Below, one piece after another: positions 28,922 to 37,507 of a DNA stretch of 37,507 nucleotides. Position 1 is the first letter of the stretch, and each line of letters begins with the position of its first letter. This DNA is from a virus (taxonomy: Duplodnaviria > Caudoviricetes), in the IMG/VR virus record IMGVR_UViG_3300005326_000090, positions 1 through 37,507 of that record; one strand, 5' to 3'. Position numbers and translations under genes: made by a program. A model generated the notes under the pieces. The model was not told where the DNA came from, did not search any database, and saw only the letters and a program-made list of their open reading frames with translations.

Positions 28922-29150
28922 CGGTGCTTTAGCACCGCCCGTCCGGCGTTAGGACTATAAATAAACACAACTGATTCTCCCTATAAATAGAGTTCCCTAC
29001 CGGAATTTCTCCGGATAATGCTTGAGCCTTTTCCCCGATGTCTCTCGGAGGCTTGCAGTATTTCACTAACGAGGCTTGACCCCAGTCTAATTTAGTTGCT
29101 GAGTGTTACGCTTCTCGCTGACGTAGAGGTTGAAATACTAGCCCTTGGTC
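28922..29150 (-). ncRNA. Putative structured RNA downstream of the DUF559 nuclease
   Basis: At least 6 stems, several G-U wobbles that work only on the minus strand, possible pseudoknot. Confidence 0.55.
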
Positions 29151-29566
29151 TACGTCTTTACAGGTTTCAAATTCAGTAATTTTCGCCTGTCGTTCCATGA
29201 TCCCGATCGGGATATATAGAGAAGTGCCTTACCGGCATCATCCTCATTGAAGTTCCTAACTCGTAAAACAACAATTCCACTAACCACATAATCAACACGA
29301 TCCTTGGTAATATCGATATTGTGTACGTGTTCCGATCCGTCAACCTCCACAGCGATACCAAGTTTGTAATTCCAAAAATCGAAAAGACGAATACCCCATT
29401 GAGCCTGACGAGTCCATTTGAAAGGTTTTGTTGATTCCAATTTGTCAGCCATCCACGATTCAGCTTTGCTTTTTTTGCAAGAAACCAGGTTTTGATTCTG
29501 GCGCATCTTCATGTGAGCCGCCGCATCTTTGTTTGTTGGCCATGCTTTATGCTTTATTTTTTGCAT
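29150..29566 (-). CDS. DUF559 / Vsr-like endonuclease, 138 aa
   Basis: SKAE.W...RQ...FDF...IAVEVDGSEH...D..KD...GIVVLRVRN; start at ATG 29566 because the promoter lies inside the longer ORF call. Confidence 0.85.
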   Translation of the reverse strand: MQKIKHKAWPTNKDAAAHMKMRQNQNLVSCKKSKAESWMADKLESTKPFKWTRQAQWGIRLFDFWNYKLGIAVEVDGSEHVHNIDITKDRVDYVVSGIVVLRVRNFNEDDAGKALLYISRSGSWNDRRKLLNLKPVKT

Positions 29567-29635
29567 TAAAAAAGACAGTCTACTTTCGAGTGGTGTTGTG
29601 CTGTTCACACCACAGCACCCGAAAATGGGCTGTCT
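29567..29635 (-). terminator. Long leader hairpin followed by a U-tract (attenuator-like)
   Basis: AGACAG...CTGTC-TTTTTT just before the ATG; inner TTTCGGG/CTCGAAA and GTGCTGT/ACAGCAC stems. Confidence 0.6.
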
Positions 29636-29645
29636 ATATGAACAG

Positions 29646-29674
29646 ATTGTACTCGGACACCTAACTGGTGTCAA
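29646..29674 (-). promoter_or_regulatory. Sigma70 promoter of the minus-strand unit
   Basis: TTGACA-N17-TACAAT; contains inverted repeat GACACC-N5-GGTGTC. Confidence 0.8.
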
Positions 29675-29778
29675 TACCACTGTAGACCCCACCGGAGATA
29701 AAAGTCAAGTGGTTCATTGAAAAACGGAAAAAATAGGAGGTAAGTCGCTGGACAGTCCAAAACTAGGCACAATCTGCC

Positions 29779-29815
29779 ACTTGCAATTTACATAAGAATA
29801 CGCAATAATGCAAGT
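29779..29815 (+). promoter_or_regulatory. Early-operon promoter with inverted CTTATGTAA box
   Basis: TTGCAA-N17-AATAAT, flanked by ACTTGCA/TGCAAGT inverted repeat. Confidence 0.6.
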
Positions 29816-29926
29816 ATAGCAATTAGAAACCCGAACAAAAATGAAAAAACTGTACAACACAATCCTCGAAGAAATCGCCTACCGACTACAACTTGCGGTC
29901 AACAAATTACTCAACAGCCAAATAAG

Positions 29927-30100
29927 ATGAGCCTACTAATAATGGAAAAGAAAATCCGCCACCACTTAAGCTTCCATGTCGATGAAAAAATGCACAACGA
30001 CATCCGGAGACTCGCCTACAAAGACAAACGACTCAAGGCGGCCGAAGCCCGTCAGTTAATAAAAGAAGCCATACAAAACAGAAAGGAGGAAACAAAATGA
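29927..30100 (+). CDS. Arc/RHH-like small DNA-binding protein
   Basis: HLSFHVDEKMHNDIRRLAYKDKR..AAEARQLIKEAI; alternative start 29942; below the ORF-track cutoff. Confidence 0.65.
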   Translation: MSLLIMEKKIRHHLSFHVDEKMHNDIRRLAYKDKRLKAAEARQLIKEAIQNRKEETK

Positions 30101-30324
30101 ACATCAACAAGACCGAGATCAGAGAGAAGACAGTCAAAGCCCTGATCGTCACAAAGTACATGCTACAAGGCGCGCTAGGCCTGATAGCCATAATCGCCAT
30201 AGTTTGGAGTATAAATAACATGGACGTAATCGCCAAAGCGGTAAAATACCCAGAAGCGGTGAGAGAGATGGAGATCACAGTCCAGGTCACCAAGACCCAA
30301 CTGATCTCCCCGATAGCAAAATAA
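30097..30324 (+). CDS. Small membrane protein
   Basis: One TM segment; ATGA overlap. Confidence 0.7.
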   Translation: MNINKTEIREKTVKALIVTKYMLQGALGLIAIIAIVWSINNMDVIAKAVKYPEAVREMEITVQVTKTQLISPIAK

Positions 30325-30344
30325 TTAGCAAATAACGCACAAAA

Positions 30345-31163
30345 ATGGAACCAAACCAAAACGGCGAACAGCCAAAGACAGAATTAGTAACCACCGGATA
30401 CTTTAATCCGCAAGTGTGGGCGCAAATGAAAGACATGAGTCAAGTGTTTTTCACCTCGAAAGCGATCCCCAGCTACATAACCAACGCGCCTCAGCTAACG
30501 ATGATCCTCCAAGCCGGACACGAAATGGGAATGAAACCAGTCGAAGCCATGAAGTCGCTCTACATAGTGAACGGCAACATCAACCTCTGGGGATCGTCCA
30601 TCATCAGACGACTCCGCGAACACGGCTGGAGAATCCAGTACGAGATGAAAGTTGAAAAAGGCGGAACCTGCATAGCGACAGTCACCAAGGGAGATGAGAA
30701 GTACGTCGAAACCATGAGTTTTGAGAGCGCAGAGCTATCCGGATACACCAAATCCAGCACAGGAGCCTTAAAAGTCGGCTGGAAGCCAGGAGTCAACCGC
30801 AACCTCAAACTGAGATACGGAGTCATCAGCATGATCGTGAAGACCTACATCCCAGAGGTACTCGGAAGCGCGTCAGACATCGTAGAGGTCGCAGAAGACC
30901 GACCGGTCGAAGAGGGGGAGATAGTAGCGGAACCGACCCAAGACGGAAAGAGCGTCATCATTAAGGGAGCTGACAAGACCGCCATCGGTGACTTCATAGC
31001 AAAGGCCAAGGCTAAAAAGGAAGAAGAGAAGAAACCCCAGGCATCTGGTAAGGACATCAATGTCCCGACCAAAGAGGTCGAACCTGAGCCAAAAGAGGAG
31101 CTAGATAATGCGCAAAAAGATGGTAATGTTAAAGAGAATACTAAAGTAAACAACGCAAAATGA
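30345..31163 (+). CDS. RecT-like ssDNA annealing protein (probable)
   Basis: GHEMGMKPVEAMKSLYIVNG...W...LRY...PEVLG; charged tail. Confidence 0.7.
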   Translation: MEPNQNGEQPKTELVTTGYFNPQVWAQMKDMSQVFFTSKAIPSYITNAPQLTMILQAGHEMGMKPVEAMKSLYIVNGNINLWGSSIIRRLREHGWRIQYEMKVEKGGTCIATVTKGDEKYVETMSFESAELSGYTKSSTGALKVGWKPGVNRNLKLRYGVISMIVKTYIPEVLGSASDIVEVAEDRPVEEGEIVAEPTQDGKSVIIKGADKTAIGDFIAKAKAKKEEEKKPQASGKDINVPTKEVEPEPKEELDNAQKDGNVKENTKVNNAK

Positions 31164-33043
31164 ACGAAGTAAATCTGCCCATCGAACACCTCTCCTATAG
31201 CTCCATGAAGCTGTTCTGCGCCAACCAACAGCAATTCTTCAAAAACTACATCCTCGGCCAATGGGACTACAAAAGCTCAATGGTCGCCACCGTAGGCAAA
31301 GCATTCCACAAAGCCGCCGAAATCTACTACAAACAGGGTAACTGGGATCAGGCCATCGATGCCGGACTGGAGTTTATCAACAAGATCAAAGACGAAGATG
31401 TTGACTGGGGAAAGACCGGATCGAGAGAGCAACTCATCAAAGACTTCCATGCCGCCATAAGCTTCTACCAAGTAGAAGAGCCAACACTAGGAAAGGTAAT
31501 CGGAGTAGAACTAAACACGGTCACTGACCACGGATTCGATGGAGAGCAGTTGCCGGTACCAGTAAAGGCGATCAGCGACCTTGTAACCGAGGAAGAAAAA
31601 GGGATCGTAATCACCGACCACAAGGTAGTCGCCTCATTTTCCGACAAAGAAGAAGAGCAACCGGACTACACGATGCAAGCAATGTTCAACTACCTGACAG
31701 TCCAGGCAAAATTCGGCAAAGCCCCATACTCGATGATTTTCCGAGAGATTAAGAAGACCCAGAACCGAGATGGAAGCTCCCAAATAGACGAATACGAGAT
31801 CGTATTTGATAAGCATCCGGAATACAGGCTCTACTTTTTCAGCCTCTACACAGACGTAATAGTGACCCTCGCAGACGAGAACCACCGATACCTACCAAAC
31901 TTCGGGGACATGTACTCAGGAAAAGAAGCCTGGGTCGACTACACCGCCGGAAAGATTGACTTCAAATCACTACCCAAAGTGAGCCATAGAACAAAGTTCA
32001 CCGGAGAGGTACGCGATGTCAAATTTATCGAACAGGCAATGGTAGAGGATGCCACCCTAACCGAAGAGCAGAAAATCAAAGCCAAGCTTAAAGAGTTCGG
32101 AATGGCCGTAGAAATGGACGAGACACACAAAGGCTTAAATGTCACTCTCTACACAATGAAGCCATCTAGGGGCATTAGAATGAGCCAGTTTACGAGCCAC
32201 GCTCAAGACATAGCCCAAGCATTGGCCGCCAAATCGGTGAGAGTCGAAGCTCCAATCCCAGGGACAAGCCTAGTAGGATTCGAGATAAGTAACTCCACCC
32301 AAGGAGTCGCCCCCTGGACAGAAGAACTGATCCAAAAAGACACGATGAACATCCCGATCGGAATCGACGTGTACGGAAAATCCAAGCACATCAACCTCGC
32401 CAAAGCCCCTCACCTCCTAGTTGGAGGAGCCACAGGATCAGGCAAATCAGTCTTCATGAACGTAGCCATCGACACCCTGATCAAGCAAAACGACTCGGAA
32501 AGCATGAAGTTAATGCTGATCGATCCTAAGCGCACAGAGTTCATCGACTACGAGAATGACGACCACCTGATCTACAACATCATCACCGAGTCAGAAGATG
32601 CCGCCGCCGCCCTAGGATGGGCAACGGAAGAGATGGAGAGCCGCTACAAACAGCTCCGAGACATGAGAGTCAAAAGCATCGAAGAGTACCGCAAGAACAA
32701 AAACGACATGCCTTACCTGGTCATAGTAATTGACGAACTCGCCGACCTGATGCTATCACCGGAGCAAAAAGACATTGAGAAATCGATAGTCAGACTCGCC
32801 CAGAAAGCCAGAGCAGTCGGCATACACCTGATCGTAGCGACCCAAAGACCGAGTGTCGACGTAGTCACCGGACTAATCAAAGCGAACTTCCCAACCAGAG
32901 TCAGCTTCATGGTCTCAACCCAGGTCGACTCAAAGGTCATCATTGACGAAGCCGGAGCCGAAAAGCTAGTCGGCCAAGGCGATCTACTACTCATGAACCC
33001 TCGCGAAAAAGGACTAAAACGCCTGCAAGGGTATTACAAATAA
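31160..33043 (+). CDS. PD-(D/E)XK nuclease fused to FtsK/SpoIIIE ATPase
   Basis: HLSYSS, GKAFH, SDLV, DHK, Q motifs; then EAPIPG, PHLLVGGATGSGKS, IDPK, VIDE, ATQRP, GAEKLVGQGD. Confidence 0.9.
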   Translation: MNEVNLPIEHLSYSSMKLFCANQQQFFKNYILGQWDYKSSMVATVGKAFHKAAEIYYKQGNWDQAIDAGLEFINKIKDEDVDWGKTGSREQLIKDFHAAISFYQVEEPTLGKVIGVELNTVTDHGFDGEQLPVPVKAISDLVTEEEKGIVITDHKVVASFSDKEEEQPDYTMQAMFNYLTVQAKFGKAPYSMIFREIKKTQNRDGSSQIDEYEIVFDKHPEYRLYFFSLYTDVIVTLADENHRYLPNFGDMYSGKEAWVDYTAGKIDFKSLPKVSHRTKFTGEVRDVKFIEQAMVEDATLTEEQKIKAKLKEFGMAVEMDETHKGLNVTLYTMKPSRGIRMSQFTSHAQDIAQALAAKSVRVEAPIPGTSLVGFEISNSTQGVAPWTEELIQKDTMNIPIGIDVYGKSKHINLAKAPHLLVGGATGSGKSVFMNVAIDTLIKQNDSESMKLMLIDPKRTEFIDYENDDHLIYNIITESEDAAAALGWATEEMESRYKQLRDMRVKSIEEYRKNKNDMPYLVIVIDELADLMLSPEQKDIEKSIVRLAQKARAVGIHLIVATQRPSVDVVTGLIKANFPTRVSFMVSTQVDSKVIIDEAGAEKLVGQGDLLLMNPREKGLKRLQGYYK

Positions 33044-33051
33044 CAAAAACA

Positions 33052-33288
33052 ATGGAACAATACAGAATAATCACCATCGACATGACCCAGATAGATGACG
33101 ACCAAAAAGAAATGATCAAAGACCTACCAGGAGTCATATCACAAAGAAGTACCACACTTCATCAGGAACCAGGGCGATCAACAGTCGAACTGACCAGAGC
33201 CATAAGAGACATCATCCTAGATATTAACAAATACGAAAACTCGGTCGAAGACGGAAAGCTCGACCATGTGAAAGGAGATATGGAATGA
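33052..33288 (+). CDS. Hypothetical protein
   Basis: 78 aa in operon. Confidence 0.65.
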   Translation: MEQYRIITIDMTQIDDDQKEMIKDLPGVISQRSTTLHQEPGRSTVELTRAIRDIILDINKYENSVEDGKLDHVKGDME

Positions 33289-33770
33289 TCAACAAAATAT
33301 TGATTGCATTCACTTGGTTAGTAATAGGACTATTTGGAGGCTTCTACGGCTCCAATTACTACTATCGGATCGTCCAAGTTGACCCAGCCTACATCGAAGT
33401 ATCCTCGGACACAGACATGATCCGGCTGATCAATAAAACTCGTACAGAAGCCGGACTACCGGAACTAATCGAAAACGAACTCCTAGACAAGTCGGCAAGA
33501 GCAAAAGCCTGTGACATGAGAGATAGAAAATACTTCGAACACGTCAGCCCAGAGGGAGTCGAACCCTGGAAATTTATTGTGGCCGCCGGATACAAATACT
33601 ACGATGCCGGAGAAAACATCGCCATGTCGTACACTAGCACTAAGAAACTCGCAGAAGCCTACATGAACAGTCCAGAGCATCGAGACAACATCCTCGATGA
33701 CCGATACACAGAGATAGGAGTAGGGAACTGCGGTATTTACCAGGTTGAACATTTTGGAAGCAGAAAATGA
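33285..33770 (+). CDS. CAP/SCP domain protein with N-terminal TM
   Basis: LINKTR...KACDM...YFEH...AGENIA...SPEHRDNIL...EIGVG. Confidence 0.9.
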   Translation: MINKILIAFTWLVIGLFGGFYGSNYYYRIVQVDPAYIEVSSDTDMIRLINKTRTEAGLPELIENELLDKSARAKACDMRDRKYFEHVSPEGVEPWKFIVAAGYKYYDAGENIAMSYTSTKKLAEAYMNSPEHRDNILDDRYTEIGVGNCGIYQVEHFGSRK

Positions 33771-34057
33771 AACCGGCGCAGTTCTTTGACGTACCATCGG
33801 AAAGCACCCCAGGGGTCGTGTACAAAGTGATCCACAAAGCCGATGGTACATGGTCATGCAGTTGCCCTAATGCGATATTCAAAGGCCGATGCAAACACCA
33901 GATCAAAGCAATGGGGATGAAGACACCGGAAGTAGGCCAACAACGCCTCGTAGAGCCAACAGAACTGCCCAGCCTACCCAAAAGAAAGAAGACCATAGAA
34001 GAAATGCAAGCCATTTGGATGGCCAAGAGTAGAGGAGAAAAGTGTCCTAGTGTGTGA
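33767..34057 (+). CDS. SWIM zinc-finger protein
   Basis: VPSES.PG..Y.V...WSCSCP...CKH. Confidence 0.85.
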   Translation: MKPAQFFDVPSESTPGVVYKVIHKADGTWSCSCPNAIFKGRCKHQIKAMGMKTPEVGQQRLVEPTELPSLPKRKKTIEEMQAIWMAKSRGEKCPSV

Positions 34058-34060
34058 CAG

Positions 34061-34097
34061 TTGACAAATCAAATCTTATGTAATTAAATAAGATTAG
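34061..34097 (+). promoter_or_regulatory. Promoter-like region with CTTATGTAA box
   Basis: TTGACA at 34061, box at 34075-34083; -10 ambiguous. Confidence 0.5.
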
Positions 34098-34109
34098 CAA
34101 ATAAAGCAT

Positions 34110-34559
34110 ATGACCGAACAAACTGAAAAATGTCCGCATTGCGGAGCCGCCATGAAGAAATACTGGCACAAATTGACACCAGGACTAGTCAAAACTCTCG
34201 TAGAGGTCTACAAGCACGTATCCGCCTCCGGAGAGAACAAAGTTAGTAAAAAAGAACTCAAACTTAACCACAGCCAATACGGAAACTTCCAAAAACTTCG
34301 CTTCCACGCGCTGATCGCCAAATACAAGGTAAACGGAGAGTGGCACAAAGGCGAATGGCTGATGACCCAAAGAGGCGCAGACTTCCTCAAAGGCATGATC
34401 CAAATCCCCGAAAAAGTCCAAACATTTAGAAACCGAGTCGAAGACCACTCACCGGAATTAGTAACGGTCGCAGACGTAATGAGATCAGACCCATACTGGC
34501 AAACTGACTTCAAAACGGATACGGACATCTTCGCTCCCAAACAAGTCTCACTCCTATGA
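34110..34559 (+). CDS. Hypothetical protein with CxxC and winged-helix-like region
   Basis: CPHCG; NFQKLRFHALI...GEW.MTQRG.DF. Confidence 0.7.
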   Translation: MTEQTEKCPHCGAAMKKYWHKLTPGLVKTLVEVYKHVSASGENKVSKKELKLNHSQYGNFQKLRFHALIAKYKVNGEWHKGEWLMTQRGADFLKGMIQIPEKVQTFRNRVEDHSPELVTVADVMRSDPYWQTDFKTDTDIFAPKQVSLL

Positions 34560-35167
34560 AATACATCCTGCCCATAATTTTGATTAGCATCCTAATATCA
34601 AACTATGTCAAACCAATACAAATCACCAAGCTTTCGGTTGAATATCGAGGATACGAGCAACCCACCGATCCTGCTGACGTTAAAGGCATGGAAACTGGAG
34701 GGGAACAAACTCGTGGAGATATTCCTGCCTATCAAAACATTGAAAATGCGCCGGACTTCAAATATCCGAGGACTCTTCAATTCACTCACTTTAAGATTAC
34801 GCTGGCTGATGAGAAGACTAAAAATATACAGACTGCTAAGAAATATGCGAAAGAGTATGGGATTTCCTCAGAAACCCTACTTTGCACCCTTAACATGGAG
34901 TCCGGTGTCGAGGGATTTGAGCGGGATTTTAGAGGAGAACTTACGACAAAGACAAAGTGCGGAGATGGAGGAATCTCTTGCGGAGTTGGGCAGATTAAGA
35001 AAGCTACTTGGACTGGAATCCGAAAAGTATGTGGCCTCCCTACGGAAGACATTAGGGATAATGAAGAAGAAAACATCAAAACAACTGCCTGCGGAATGGC
35101 CAACGGATACGAGTATCATTGGACAGGATACAGGAATTGCGAAAAATTAGGTTATAAATTAAAGTAA
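34556..35167 (+). CDS. Secreted or anchored lysozyme-fold (SLT-like) protein
   Basis: N-terminal hydrophobic segment; AKEYGI...ESG...GVGQI..TW...NI. Confidence 0.65.
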   Translation: MKYILPIILISILISNYVKPIQITKLSVEYRGYEQPTDPADVKGMETGGEQTRGDIPAYQNIENAPDFKYPRTLQFTHFKITLADEKTKNIQTAKKYAKEYGISSETLLCTLNMESGVEGFERDFRGELTTKTKCGDGGISCGVGQIKKATWTGIRKVCGLPTEDIRDNEEENIKTTACGMANGYEYHWTGYRNCEKLGYKLK

Positions 35168-35172
35168 AAAGA

Positions 35173-37186
<2,014 letters not shown>

Positions 37187-37187
37187 A

Positions 37188-37397
37188 ATGGACTGGTTCA
37201 AGCTAAAAGAAAACAAATGCCCGAAGTGTCGCAAGGACATGATGAAAGGTCTACAGACCCCAGGTGGAGGCATGATGATCCACCCCTGCGGGTTCAGAAT
37301 CACCGAAAAAAGGTACACCGAGATCGTCAACAGTACCATAAAACAAGAACAATTAGCAGAGAAATGGAGAAAAGAAGATGAGAAAAATAAAATTTAG
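37188..37397 (+). CDS. Small zinc-ribbon-like protein
   Basis: MDWFKLKENKCPKC...CGFRITEKRY. Confidence 0.65.
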   Translation: MDWFKLKENKCPKCRKDMMKGLQTPGGGMMIHPCGFRITEKRYTEIVNSTIKQEQLAEKWRKEDEKNKI

Positions 37398-37507
37398 AGC
37401 TTGGGATAAAAGTGACCACGACTGGTATAAAAATAATCCAGCACCAAAACGAATGACTTACTTTCACAACCCTGTGATATTTGATGATGGGTATTTACAA
37501 TTTGAAT
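37378..37507 (+). CDS. YopX family protein, 5' part
   Basis: MRKIKFRAWDK start, open into the terminal repeat. Confidence 0.9.
   Translation, partial: MRKIKFRAWDKSDHDWYKNNPAPKRMTYFHNPVIFDDGYLQFE
37461..37507. repeat. Terminal direct repeat copy 2
   Basis: Identical to 1-47. Confidence 0.97.

Noticed and set aside
28922-29566. Group I intron with a homing endonuclease (GACUG/UAGUC as P7)
   Set aside because: No interrupted exons, and the conserved joining sequences around P7 are missing; cmscan would settle it.
29567-29692. 42-aa N-terminal extension of the DUF559 ORF
   Set aside because: It spans the promoter and leader hairpin; ATG 29566 is more plausible.
34605-35150. 181-aa overlapping + frame ORF
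   Set aside because: No motifs; the 34556 frame has SLT-like features and ATGA coupling.
37461-37507. 47-bp terminal repeat as a biological DTR or att site
   Set aside because: It falls mid-gene in yopX and is best explained as assembler overlap.

Overview
The window is an apparently complete, circular (or circularly permuted) tailed-phage genome of about 37,460 bp. Bases 1-47 recur at 37461-37507, and a YopX gene reads in frame across the junction. Nearly all genes are on the + strand. One block holds small early and accessory genes: YopX, HNH/NinG-like, a ParB-DNA methyltransferase, RHH regulators and a WDGH-motif protein. A podovirus-like packaging and virion block follows: TerS, a cluster of tRNA and tRNA-like RNAs, TerL, portal, scaffold, major capsid, large internal virion proteins, a glycosyltransferase plus methyltransferase, adaptor, tail tube/nozzle, fibre, amidase and holin. 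An early block encodes a RecT-like protein, a PD-(D/E)XK nuclease-FtsK fusion, CAP, SWIM and SLT-like proteins, GroES and GroEL. I found no integrase, polymerase, primase, helicase or replication initiator. A-rich or leaderless gene starts and the GroEL sequence suggest a Patescibacteria (CPR) host, which is inference. The main leads are three. (1) The only minus-strand unit has a promoter, a terminator-like leader, a DUF559/Vsr-like nuclease and a ~230-nt structured, probably pseudoknotted RNA. (2) An array of one canonical and three aberrant tRNA-shaped elements brackets a multi-stem RNA. (3) The nuclease-FtsK fusion sits beside a RecT-like gene in a genome lacking standard replication genes. 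All RNA structures were paired by eye, not computed.
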